DNA of 32,785 nt from Tubiluchus corallicola (taxonomy: Eukaryota > Animalia > Priapulida), in NCBI GenBank assembly GCA_030141605.1, contig JAQGDQ010001604.1:1-32785 (forward strand), read 5' to 3'. Position numbers and translations under genes: made by a program. Position 1 is the stretch's first letter. Each line of letters starts with the position of its first letter. Below, piece after piece: positions 1 to 11,453 of the stretch. Under the pieces are notes generated by a model. That model was not told where the DNA came from, did no database searches, and worked only from the letters and a program-made list of their open reading frames with translations.

Positions 1-1123
1 CTTTGGAAATATTGGAATGCTAATAGGTAATAAATTAAAATTCAGAATAAATACTCACTTTGGAAATATTTAGATGCCCCTAATAGGTAATAAATTAAAA
101 TTCAGACTAAACACTCACTTTGGAAATATTGGAATGCTAATAGGTAATAAATTAAAATTCTGACTAAATACTCACTTTGGAAATATTGGAATGCTAATAC
201 GTAATAAATTAAAATTCAGACTAAATACTCACTTTGGAAATATTGGAATGCTAATAGGTAATAAATTAAAATTCAGACTAAATACTCACTTTGGAAATAT
301 TGGAATGCTAATAGGTAATAAATTAAAATTCAGAATAAATACTCACTTTGGAAATATTGGAATGCTAATAGGTAATAAACTAAAATTCAGACTAAATACT
401 CACTTTGGAAATATTGGAATGCTAATAGGTAATAAATTAAAATTCAGAATAAATACTCACTTTGGAAATATTGGAATGCTATTAGGGAATAAATTAAAAT
501 TCTGACTAAATACTCACTTTGGAAATATTGGAATGCTATTAGGGAATAATTTAAAATTCAGAATAAATACTCACTTTGGAAATATTGGAATGCTAATAGG
601 TAATAAATTAAAATTCAGAATAAATACCCACTTTAGAAATATTGGAATGCTATTAGGTAATAAATTAAAATTCAGAATAAATACCCACTTTGGGAATATT
701 GGAATGCTATTAGGTAATAAATTAAAATTCAGAATAAATACTCACTTTGGAAATATTGGAATGCTAATAGGTAATAAATTAAAATTCAGAATAAATACCC
801 ACTTTGGGAATATTGGAATGCTATTAGGTAATAAATTAAAATTCAGAATAAATACTCACTTTGGAAATATTGGAATGCTAATAGGTAATAAATTAAAATT
901 CAGAATAAATACCCACTTTAGAAATATTGGAATGCTATTAGGTAATAAATTAAAATTCAGAATAAATACCCACTTTGGGAATATTGGAATGCTATTAGGT
1001 AATAAATTAAAATTCAGAATAAATACCCACTTTGGAAATATTGGACTGCTATTAGGTAATAAATTAAAATTCAGAATAAATACCCACTTTGGAAATATTG
1101 GAATGCTATTTGGTAATAAACTA
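1..1123. repeat. 57-bp tandem repeat (minisatellite/satellite), about 20 copies, runs off the window start
   Basis: Unit CTTTGGAAATATTGGAATGCTAATAGGTAATAAATTAAAATTCAGAATAAATACTCA repeats head-to-tail. The 19-aa periodic ORFs 191-505 and 533-1192 are by-products. Confidence 0.97.
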
Positions 1124-1239
1124 ATGAATATTCATTTATCAGATCAAATTGATGATATTGTCGCGGAGGATCGAACCCCCATCACAATGTAGAGGGGGGG
1201 CGAAATAAATAGCGCCCCCGTAACAATATGAATAAACTT

Positions 1240-1600
1240 TACAATTGTGATCCAGATCCTGAAAAAATTTCTTCAATCAACATGGCAATATTGATTCAAG
1301 TAAAAATTATGATGAACTGCATTGTAATTCAACAATTAAAATGCAAATGTAAATTCTCCCTTGGGCCATGATACATCCGCAACATGCCGAAAAATTTTGA
1401 CCATTTTATTGCATCTTTGAACAGTTTAGTCACGAGTCTCTCAATTTTAGCACTATCAAAGACATGGTTAGGAGGTCGATTTAATTTACCTGTGTATAAA
1501 TTTATTAATAACAATCGTAAATATAGTAAATATAAAAGGGCCGTCGGTTTTTTTTGTTCAAAATGATTTATGTATATCAGTTCTATCTCATGAAACTATA
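1240..1600 (+). mobile_element. Degenerate non-LTR retrotransposon (CR1/L2/Crack-like) AP-endonuclease N-terminal remnant
   Basis: Translation IRNMPKNFDHFIASLNSLVTSLSILALSKTWL...FNLPVYKFINNNRK resembles the APE pattern NiRSl.kn...L..l....iialsETWl...l.gY...R. Stops and frameshifts flank it. Confidence 0.65.
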
Positions 1601-1702
1601 TACAATCACTATTTGTTAACTGGTTGATCCAAGTGAGAAATAAGAGAAATTTATGCCCGGCTGGATACACCAGCACAGTTTATGAATAACGAGTGTCATT
1701 AA

Positions 1703-2179
1703 CCCTTTCAGTCCCAAATTATTTTTTTAATAAGAAAAAATTTTTTGACTTGGTACTTTTGTTAAGTATGTCCATCTTTTTTTTCTACCTGTGCCCGCGT
1801 GCTAAATATAGCCTGTATCCGACGGGATACATTGGGATTCAATGGTTGCTAAACATGATAAAAAGCAAATTCTGTATTTTTGGAAATCTGAAGTTTGCTT
1901 CATTTTGCAACTGCTGATAATTTTTTAAAGTATTTAAGACATCTAGTATGCATGCTATGCTGATCTGTACAAAGTCTTCTCTAAAGTACTGTACCTTGCG
2001 CAGTTTTTGTGCTATGTAGATTTTTTAGTTTGCCATTTTATCACCATTTTTAGTCTATTGTTATTGGCTTAAATCAAAATAACTATTAAGAGATCAAATA
2101 ACTGTCAGTTTTAAATTTTATTAGTTTTAAAGGCAGAAAATATTCTTGTATCCCACGGGATACAACGGGTATGAAAGGG
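1703..2179. mobile_element. piggyBac-like non-autonomous DNA transposon (MITE)
   Basis: TTAA at 1699-1702 and 2180-2183. Termini CCCTTTCAGTCCC / GGGTATGAAAGGG match 11/13 as inverted repeats. The palindromic motif TGTATCC..CGGGATACA occurs twice internally (~1814, ~2147). Confidence 0.8.
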
Positions 2180-2501
2180 TTAAAGACAGGTTCACTAAAC
2201 TTGGTGTCCAGCCATATGGACTAACCAGCAAAATTCCACCACCTTGTAATGGCAGTCAGAACATATATAATGTAAAGCACGAACTCTCCATTAAGATCCT
2301 AAAAAAGGTTGAAGAGATTTGGTATTTGAATTACAGGTAAACAGACAAATGACTAGTCAGAGCCATCTAGTGTCAAAATCTTACAAAAAGAAATACGCCT
2401 CTCTCTATATATATATACATATATATATATAGCCTGCACTTATATTTAAATAAACAGCCCCATAAATCAATTACGCACATCATGCACACTGTGATAGTGC
2501 C

Positions 2502-2740
2502 CAGGGCCTATTTCAGCCTAGGCGAGGCCCGGGGGAAGTGGGCCGTGTGAGGCCCCATCGGGGTGAGGGGCGATTGCTACCATGGTTGGCGCCCAGAAAA
2601 TTTTTGAACTGCTAGAACGCCGGAAAAGCATTTTCGAAGAGAAAATATGGAGTTATACAGTTGTCAAAGGAAAGAGCAATTGAAAGAAAAACTGCTTTAT
2701 TCTCAAGACCAGTCCTTAATACTTGTCAATACTGGCAAAC

Positions 2741-2813
<73 letters not shown>

Positions 2814-2924
2814 GCAGTATGCTCGCATAAAGCAAAAAAATGTTACATTGGCGCGAGGCCCCCCTGGAGGGTGAGGCCCTGGGGAAGTATCCCCACTTCC
2901 CCCCCCCCCTTAAAATAGGCCCTT
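2502..2924. mobile_element. hAT-family non-autonomous DNA transposon (MITE) containing a (GA)n tract
   Basis: Perfect 8-bp TSD ATAGTGCC (2494-2501, 2925-2932). TIRs CAGGGCCTATTT / AAATAGGCCCTT match 11/12. GC-rich GAGGCCC subterminal repeats. Confidence 0.9.
2744..2810. repeat. (GA)n microsatellite
   Basis: Pure dinucleotide run. Confidence 0.97.
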
Positions 2925-5080
2925 ATAGTGCCGTATCTTCGTGCAATATCGGACGTATTACTGTCCAAGCTTCATCTTTTATTTTGAATGCCTGCGCAAG
3001 CCAAATAAACACTGCTTTATTTTTATTCTTAACTATTAGATTAATATTAATATGTTGCCATATTATAGTACTGAGGTTATTTGAACTTAAAATACTTCTT
3101 TAAGAGATGAAGCAGTTTAGTTTTACAGTTTGAAAATCTGTATAGGTAACCTAGTTATGTTTAACGCATACTTGCCTCTCATTGGTTATTTTAAAAATGC
3201 ATAAACACAGGTGATTCCTACTGGTGGTGAAGAAGTGAATTTCTCGATCTAGCTAGACAGTTGATACTTGGATTCTGAGCGTATCGTAACGTGTGGCAAG
3301 CACGTCTAAAGCCTGTCCACACTGCTCAGTTTGAACATCTCTTTAACGAATTTGAGAAGTTTTGATTTGTACTATTGTGGAACTTCTTCTAATGTCATAA
3401 ACGGAATAGAAAGGGCTTGTTAATATGGTCAGTGGAATACGGAACTTAATCTAGACTTGTATTGGTGAGACTCCCAGCAAGTTGGTAGACGGAGTCAACC
3501 AAGCTAAACTGCCGTATCACGCGAAAGCTGTAGCTACCGTGTCAGAGGTGATGCGAAGAGGGGGCGATCCGTAGGGTGAGCTGCCAGCAGCTGTCGGAAC
3601 GTGATGGAATCGAACGACGGATGGGATGATATGGATCGATAAAACATGGAATGGAATGGAATGATGTAGTTACGTTCACAACATGGAGTGATGAAACCAT
3701 GGTTATGGAATGGAAATGGAATGGATGGAACGCAGTTAACGCGAAGACTGGAGCTCCGACGTGGTAAACCCGGTACCGGTATGCTTGTAACCGCGTATAC
3801 ACTTGTACAGTTTTGCTTTAATGATCTGTACACAGTTTTTTTTTCATGCGTATTATATTTGTAATTAAGAAAGCAATTGAATTTAATGTCTAGTTTATTT
3901 AGATTAACCGACATTGTCAATCAGTAATTTTTCCTAAATATTACATCACAACAGTGACGACGTTACACGTTAGGGAAATAACACAGAACCCATAACACGT
4001 GCTTTAGGAAGGGTCGTCACACACACAATATATTATATGATAGATATATCAAAATAGGTTTTGCGACAATGATGGGTGGTATAACCGAACATCGCAGCGT
4101 GGTTTACCAAGTCTCGTGACAATTCTCCTAATAGGTTAGTGGTGTTCAGTGTTTAATTCTGAGACATCCACTTGCTGGATCTTCTAAAATTTTATCTTCA
4201 TCAGCTTCAAGCTTAGTCACCTCTGTTACCGCCATATTACAAAATTATGTATGTCCACATTATAAGATTTCCTCAGCTTGCGGATGAATAGAAAAATCAC
4301 GTTGCAGAGCTGTGGGCTAAAATTGAAGGATTGCAACACTTCTCATTGTCAAAGAAAACATTATGTTGCTACCGGAAAGAAAAATACTGCAGAGTAAATT
4401 AAGAGGGATAATAAGTCACCCCACGTCAGTTAGTATATGATACTCGTGCTTTGTAGGAAGCATGAACAATAGTTTTCAACAAAACCAGGGTATGGTTGCA
4501 TAACAAATAGGAAAGTATTTTATCACCAGTAGTATGAAAGTTTTTCGCTGTATACATCAATATAAAAAATGGGAGCAAACATTGATGGTGTAATTTTTAC
4601 CCCACATTGGTCGGTTAAGAGTTAGCACGTTTTTGCATCTAGCTAAACGCATGATATATAAATGTTTATGACCTACTGTAGATATCTTTGAAAAAGATCT
4701 GTCATTTAAAATTTGTTTAAAGTTAAATTTCTTTGACTTCTTTAATGTAAAACGTGTTATGACAATGTCATCTTATTAAAATTTTAGATACGATCTGCAA
4801 TAAGGTATTGATCTATTGATTTTATTATGATCAAGGAACAAACTTTGCTAAACGGTGAATTACAGGAGCAAAAAAGCAGAGAGACAGAGACCTTTAAATG
4901 TGTAAACCTAATCTGCTGAAGATTTTGCAAATTAGAAATTAATAAAAACCGAAACCTGGGGAGTGAACATTCAAGGGGTAGAGATTATGAATGAAAATTG
5001 GAAGCACACACGTCCACACGTTATTTTTTGGTGCAATGATTTATCTGTCATATAACCAATATGACTAATAACTGCTGTAA

Positions 5081-5460
5081 TAAGCCTTTTCACGGTTTCG
5101 TTGTGCGCACGCGCAGTTGCTGTAGATCAAAGATTAAATATACCCCAGTGACGCATATTAACTACAACCGTCACGTGATGTGTGGGTAAAGAAAAGCCGT
5201 CTGCCACATCAGTTCAGTAACTTCAGTTGCTTTACGTGGACTTTACTTAATTATGCACTAGTCTGGGCGTTGAGTGATTTACTAGCAGGATCTTGCTTGG
5301 GAACAAGAAAAAATGAACAAGGTAAGGTTCTAGCTAGCTGTTAAAACTGTTAGTATTAGGTGCGAGGCGTTGTCAAGTGTACACAAATGTGTTACCTGAT
5401 ACACTTAACCTTTGACCTTCTCGGGATCATCACCAATCCCTGGAACTGTGAAAAGGCTTA
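5081..5460. mobile_element. MITE family A, full-length copy (PIF/Harbinger-like)
   Basis: Inverted ends AATAAGCCTTTTCAC (5079-5093) / GTGAAAAGGCTTATT (5448-5462) with TAA/TTA flanks. Related copies at ~19955-20559 and 32478-32785 share ATTTACTAGCAGGATCTT...AACAAGAAAAAATGA. Confidence 0.8.
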
Positions 5461-5649
5461 TTTTACATTTCATAGTGAAAATGTAGTAAATTCAAGTACT
5501 TGCAAAAAAATCGGCAACAGTATGTTTCTATTAAATTAATTAATATTCTATTAAAAATTAAATATTAATATTTAATAAGCAAGATATTTAATAAGCTAAG
5601 CAATTCTATAGTAAGAATGAACATGCAGCACAATAGAGATTGTAAGTGT

Positions 5650-6248
5650 AAAACCGGCATAATTAAAACTATGCTATGATACTCTAAAGTAGAATGCACC
5701 AAAAATTGGGTAAAATGGCAAGTTTTTGTTATTTATAAAAAAAACAAATGCAAAATATATTGGACTTTTGTATTCTAGCATCAAATTATCAAGATAATGT
5801 TAAAAAAATACTAAACATCTAATTTAAACCCCATACACACTTTTTTGGCTAGAATCTAGTACTACAATTGTAAAAATCGCGTATTTTCAAACTCCATTTT
5901 GTTCTGCTTTTTCTCTGTTGGCAAGCCCAGATCTTCGTCAAAAAGAGACATCTATTGGATTTAAACTTCAGTGTGTTCTTGCAAAGTCCATAGCAACCAT
6001 CATTTGTACGGCTGCTAAGTGTTTTGTAGAAACGCGAGAAAAAACAATTGCTAACTTCTACAGTGATTTTCTCTAGATTATGTTTTTCAATGCACAGCCT
6101 GCACCTCAACTTTAACATGGATTATCTCAGCTTAAAAATAACATAGAGAAATGAACTTGGTATCAAAATGATCCTCATGAAACGGAGATTCAGCGCATGT
6201 AAATAACTAGGAAAGCTTTATTGCCGACTTATGGACGATTTTGCTACT
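5650..6248 (+). mobile_element. Unclassified dispersed repeat family B, copy 1
   Basis: Collinear similarity with 29085-29665 (shared AGATTATGTTTTTCA, CAGCCTGCACCTCAACTT, TGGATTATCTCAGC, ATAACATAGAG.AATGAACTTGGTA). Confidence 0.8.
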
Positions 6249-6336
6249 GTTCCGTGTTATTAAAAAAGGCTTGACAGATAAAATTATAGAACTTTTGCTA
6301 TAAGATTATTCTATTGTACTATTTCATCAGTCGTCT

Positions 6337-6641
6337 TTACAAAAGTAATCCTGAGCACAGTGCAATTGTATAAATCATCATTGTTGTCCCAGGTACTGTA
6401 GCAGAATCGTGCACAGGTATTTCACAGCATTTCTTAAAGTCGCCACCCCCGCACTTGCATTGTGTATCTTTATGATAATATCTCACATCTTCAATCCAGT
6501 CCGTATAATAGGAAATTTTTGCGGCCAAATTTATTGACAAAGTGTGGTCATCAACATAATCTTCATTGGGTTTACACACCTGGACACCAATCACCTGTAT
6601 TCACCTGTTTGCTCTAATAGCATCGGTCCGCCTGAATCGCA
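6337..6641 (-). pseudogene. Frameshifted orphan terminal exon of a trypsin-like (S1) serine protease with hydrophobic C-terminal tail
   Basis: Minus strand 6638-6597 reads DSGGPMLLEQTGEY. After a frame change 6594-6337 reads VIGVQVCK...AAKISYYTDWIEDV...TTMMIYTIALCSGLLL*. This matches the S1 order GDSGGP...vG...rvs.y.dWI. No intact AG acceptor before DSGGP, and no His/Asp exons recognised. Confidence 0.6.
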
Positions 6642-7637
6642 TAATATATATGTAAAGAAAGATTCTAAAATTTCCATTATCTTGTGAGAGCAAACTTCCT
6701 TATAATTATAACCATGGCCTTTCTTAGGGAGCAAAAATGCATCACTTGTTTCTCAAAGGAGCTAGATTTCTCAGAGATAGCGTAAGATCTTTAAGACTGT
6801 AAACATTTCGCGTTCCTTCATACTTTTGCGTTGTAGAATTCTCGTTTAATAAACTAGTTTAATTTGACGACGTGTTTTCTGGTTTTCTCTACGAGCCTTC
6901 CGAGAGAAACACAAAACAACAAAGACGACTTTCTAACATACGCAAGAGTCACTTTAAAATTTACAAAATTGCTTCTGTTTAAATTTCTTTTGAATGCTTT
7001 CCAATGAGCGTTGAAATAATATAGCATGACCAGCAAGCTCACTCTGCCCAGATATTGGTGTTATCACCTAATACTTGCAAAGGTGTATTGTTTGGGATTT
7101 TTGTAAAAAATGTCCAAAAAACGTCGTGTGATTTGATCGGCTTTATTGAATATAAATACACAAACAAGAAATCAATATAAATATGCAAACAAGAAATCAA
7201 CCAACTGACCAACCAATTAGCCAAGTAACCATATGCCTTTAACCATTAACCAATAACCAATTAATGTTTTATCTGCAGATAAAATAGAGATTTTCACTGC
7301 CTCTGCACGTTAGAATAAACTTATTAATTAGCTTATTGATAACAGAAATCATGATTCTGAATTATTAAATCAAATTCACATAATAATATTAATCTAATAA
7401 TCAAAATCGATTTACATCTTTGCCCCTTTCAACCTAAAAATTAATCGTAATTCCCAGCACAAAACACCACTGTCAGCTTTGAGATCGACCAGCCAAGCAA
7501 CTAGACCAAGATTCACTGTACCATTTCGGCAGGTAAGTTACAGGTAAGAGTAAAATAATTGGTATAGTGGTTGCGTTAAAGTCTATTTATTATTGTGGTT
7601 AAAGCGGCTTGCTGTTATTGTTGTTTACTGCGTGGCG

Positions 7638-8042
7638 TGTGAGGTAGCCACGATGGGCATGGCAAACTATCAAGACTTTATTTAATAAGCAACACATTTA
7701 TTAAACAACAAACACAACACGGTAAATATAAGAGGATAGTAATGCCAGCCCTCCGTCTTCAAGTCAGTTCCTAATCTTTCTCGAGGTGCGGGCCTCAAAA
7801 CACTTTTGACTAACTACCTAATGCGCCGTGAGCTTCTGCGCATAAGGATTACATCATCAATCTTTACTTCTGCGTCAGCCGGTCGAACATCAGCTGATCA
7901 CGTGATGCCACACCTAACTAGGCTTCTAGCCACGACGATAATTTAATCTTGCGTCGTCAAGCATTTAATCTTGAATTATTAATTTAATAATTTAATCACG
8001 AATTTAATCAAAATCATTATTTAACACAGCTTTCCTTTACTA
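7638..8042. mobile_element. Dispersed repeat family C, copy 1 (possibly a solo LTR)
   Basis: Collinear, diverged similarity to 18434-18750 (ATGGCAAACTAT.AAGA, TTTATT.AACA.CAAACACAA, ATAGTAATGCCA, TGCGCCG..GAGCTTC, TAACT.GGCTTC). TG...CA-like ends and AATAAA on the minus strand. No TSD confirmed. Confidence 0.55.
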
Positions 8043-8799
8043 TAAGTATAGTTAAATCAACCTACAGATGGAGACACGATGCAATTATTTTTACATAGGT
8101 AAGTATGGTAAATAAGCAAGTATCTTAAATTAAGCATTTAGTACTCTTATTGACCAATTTGCATCTACTGTCGAAATGAAAATATAAAATTAATTTAAAG
8201 CACAAAATTAACCAAAATACTAAACAGGCTTAATCAATTCCTAGCAAAGCTTTAAAACCATCAAAGTAATAAAACAATCAAATAACGAGAGTTCTTTACA
8301 GTCTTCATTAATATAACAATAATTAGCGATGGCGCTTTTGCATTACTTCATTACACCTGTTCAAAGTTTGTATGCTGCTGACAAGCCCATAGATATGAGT
8401 CTATGAGTCATAGATAAAGGCACCACACCCCCTGAGTTGCCTGCTGTGTTACCAAAGATTTTTTTCACGTTGTCTAGCTCCGTCGATGGGCGATTCTATT
8501 TTCTGCAAAGGGAAGGGAAGTTCTATTCTATCTTACGCCATGTTTAGGTGAGGCAGCAATTTTTGGGAGGCAAATCGGCAGAAAGGAAGGTCATCACGGA
8601 AATCTCAATTAAAAATTCCAAATCGGGGGGCTGTCATGTCCGGCATTTATTATAACTGACGCGGATCTAAGCTACAGTTATGTTGTGTAATTCAGCTTTA
8701 ATGATATAGTCTGTCGCTTGTATCAAAGCCGTACCTTGTTTTAAAGCCAACCCTTACATCCTAGCTAATTAAAAATATGTTAATATAAAAACGATGTAA

Positions 8800-9169
8800 A
8801 AGAATGCTTACCACACATTTAAAAAAATATAAATGAAACTTATTTGAAACATATAACTGATCACTCAATCATGATTTGTTGTTTTTCATTTTCAAAAACT
8901 TCCCCTCTAGTATAATAATATTTTTATTACTTCCCACCCGTATTTATATTTGTATATATTGTAATATTGTATCTGTATATATTGTAATTCTTTTCATAAC
9001 TAATTCTAGTGGCCTACCATAAACTAGCTTCTTAGGTCTCTAGCGCAGAATTCATGAATTGTATCATATTTTTGTATTAACAAAAACTGATTATCGATGC
9101 ACATGTAATGTATATGTATATGTTTATTGCGAAATAAATCTATTAAATCTAAAATCTAATCTAATCTAA
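8800..9169 (+). mobile_element. Probable LINE 3' end remnant
   Basis: TGTA/TATT-rich tract ending in AATAAA followed by an (AATCT)n tail, typical of L2/CR1-group 3' ends. No coding remnant confirmed. Confidence 0.35.
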
Positions 9170-10107
9170 CCACACATGCACTTCTCGCATACTGAAGTCC
9201 AGCTACTGCATTAACACTACACACGCATAAGTCTTACGGTCGGGATAATTATAGCAACTAAAGAAATAAAAATACTGATTTGTTGAAAACTGAAATTAAC
9301 GCAATGAAAAGTCTAACCACTACAGTAATTTATGAAACAGGTAAACACCACGTCACAGTTACAGCATCTACAGAACTCTATCAACTACAGTAGCTGCACG
9401 TATTAAACAATGGCTCAAACAAACCACGTGATGCATTCACGTGTAGCTGGACATTTCTCTCGCGGATAAGCCTGGGATAGAAAACAATGCTGCCGTTAAT
9501 TGTGATTGGACAAGTTTCGATTAAGCCACGCCTTTAAGCTCCCTGTCTAAATTGTAATGAGTGTGTTTTCACATTGGAAAATATCGTGAATACATACAGC
9601 TCGGTCGCTTGTTTTGTGTGATGGTTTCGCAAAACCTATAGCTTACCGACATTATAATACAATACGAGCGTAAAATGCTAATAAATGTTAGCAATGATAG
9701 TTAATTATTAGAGGTATTTACAAGTGCTTTTTACATAGTAATTATTTTTTGGAAATTAGCAGGCATGCAGTTAATTTATTATACCCACACAAAAATATGG
9801 TGTGCATATATGCTGGCCAGAAGCCACGCGCAGAATAATAATTATTGTCGATTGTTGTGGAGATTCGTATTACCATTGAAAAACCGGGTGATTAGTATTG
9901 ATAATAATTTTATATGCAACAGTAATGAATGCATCGCTGGGAGTCGCGCTTGGCTTCATTTCAGGGACCAAAAGTGTGTGAAATGCGCAACAATGTGGTT
10001 TAGACTTGTGGACGCTGCTGGGAGACAACTTCCTTGGCAATTTGCTGTTATAATCTCACTGTTATCCGTGTCAGCTTGATTTACATCTGATAAAGTAGGT
10101 CTTTATT

Positions 10108-10345
10108 GTACAGTGCCTCTATTCACCACAGTTTGAGCAACTATCGAACCTGTGTTCACAACAATGGAAACACCTGCAGTACCTCTGTTCACCACAATGG
10201 AAGCAGGTACAGTACCTCTGTTCACCACAATGGAAGCCGGTACAGTACCTCTGTTCACCACAATGGAAGCAGGTACAGTACCTCTGTTCACCACAATGGA
10301 AGCAGGTACAGTACCTCTGTTCACAACAATGGACGCAGCTACAGT
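10108..10345. repeat. 33-bp tandem repeat spanning the GPCR 5' end (11-aa unit TTMEAGTVPLF)
   Basis: Unit CCTCTGTTCACCACAATGGAAGCAGGTACAGTA, about 7 copies, degenerate at both ends. Confidence 0.93.
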
Positions 10346-11453
10346 AACTTCTGAAGACACCACAAAGAAGAGGAACATCTATTGGGGAATCATTTTTCCC
10401 GTGCTTTCTGGGGTGACCTTTGCTGGTAATGTTGTCAACGTTCTGGTATTTGGATCGAAACACATGCCCGTATCGCCTTTCAATACTCTGTTGCTAGGCC
10501 TAGCAGTTATTGAAGGACTTCAAGGTGCTTGTTTTACTATTGAAAAGATAAGAGCTGTCCACTGCTCCGGTCCCGGGTGTGACAAGGACGATGTCCAGTT
10601 CTGCTTGACGAAATTTGGAGATCTTTTCTTCTACACCGCCAACTGGATTGTAGTTTTCATCTCCGTGTTCCGCTGCATTGCCGTGTCGCTGCCACTAAGA
10701 CTCAAGTTTCTGTGCACTGTCTACAGAGCTCGAGTATTCATTGTGGCCAGCTTAATAGGAAACCTAATCAAAGAGTTGCCATATTGGATACAAAAATACG
10801 TGGTGTCATTTGACGAAGAGTTGATTATAATGGAACCTATCAGTCAAGTGATTGGACGCTTGATTCCGTGTTTAATTGTACTCTGTTCCACGATGGTGTC
10901 AATAGTTGTTATCAGAAAACTACCAACTGTCTCTCTCCCAAAGACGCAGATGAAAAAGCGTAAAACTAGAGACGAGCAGACAATGATCAGAATGCTCTTG
11001 GTCTTGTTGATTATATTCTTTTTAACCAACGCCTACTGCGTGTTCCTGATTCTTGGTCGTATCTATGGTCTGCAGTTCATAGATCCACTAGTGTTTTCCA
11101 CGCCAATAGCATTTGGGTTCAATTCTGCAATGAACGTGTTCCTGTATTTTCTCATGTCGCCACAATTTCGTTCCGTGTTTTGCAAATACTTTCAGTGTTC
11201 GAGTGGCAAGGATGCGGATGGTTTACGATTATCAAACGGGACTACTTCTTCGTTTGGATCCAGCGGTAGAAATTTCAGAGCAAGCCTGCTATCACCTGCT
11301 GGGTCAGACAGTAGCAGATGTAACTCAGTGACGGATCCTGACTTCTCGGAGAAGAACGGGGTGGTTGGTTTGGCTTACCGGCCGTACAGCCTAAGTACCC
11401 CTTCGAAGAGTGATGACACTAGCTTCTCCACGACTGGGGTCACAAGATTTTGA
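10164..11453 (+). CDS. Intronless rhodopsin-class (class A) GPCR, FMRFamide/sex-peptide-receptor-like orphan, possibly chemosensory; 429 aa from first ATG
   Basis: Seven hydrophobic segments: TM1 GN, TM2 LAVIE, TM3 SVFRCIAVSLPL (DRY position), TM5 IPCL, basic ICL3, TM7 FNSAMNVFLY, helix 8 SPQFR, Ser-rich tail. In-frame TGA at 10134 precedes first ATG at 10164. AATAAA at 11888. Confidence 0.92.
   Translation: METPAVPLFTTMEAGTVPLFTTMEAGTVPLFTTMEAGTVPLFTTMEAGTVPLFTTMDAATVTSEDTTKKRNIYWGIIFPVLSGVTFAGNVVNVLVFGSKHMPVSPFNTLLLGLAVIEGLQGACFTIEKIRAVHCSGPGCDKDDVQFCLTKFGDLFFYTANWIVVFISVFRCIAVSLPLRLKFLCTVYRARVFIVASLIGNLIKELPYWIQKYVVSFDEELIIMEPISQVIGRLIPCLIVLCSTMVSIVVIRKLPTVSLPKTQMKKRKTRDEQTMIRMLLVLLIIFFLTNAYCVFLILGRIYGLQFIDPLVFSTPIAFGFNSAMNVFLYFLMSPQFRSVFCKYFQCSSGKDADGLRLSNGTTSSFGSSGRNFRASLLSPAGSDSSRCNSVTDPDFSEKNGVVGLAYRPYSLSTPSKSDDTSFSTTGVTRF

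Noticed and set aside
1-1123. CRISPR-like array or repeat-protein ORFs (191-505, 533-1192)
   Set aside because: Units are contiguous with no unique spacers, there are no cas genes, the context is eukaryotic, and stops and indels break the frame.
3534-3920. 128-aa ORF with LLAAHP and TGGAA repeats as a protease His-motif exon
   Set aside because: It lies downstream of the Ser-motif exon, lacks the Cys, and is low complexity.
9765-10079. 104-aa ORF upstream of the GPCR
   Set aside because: No recognisable motifs or splice link. Probably chance.
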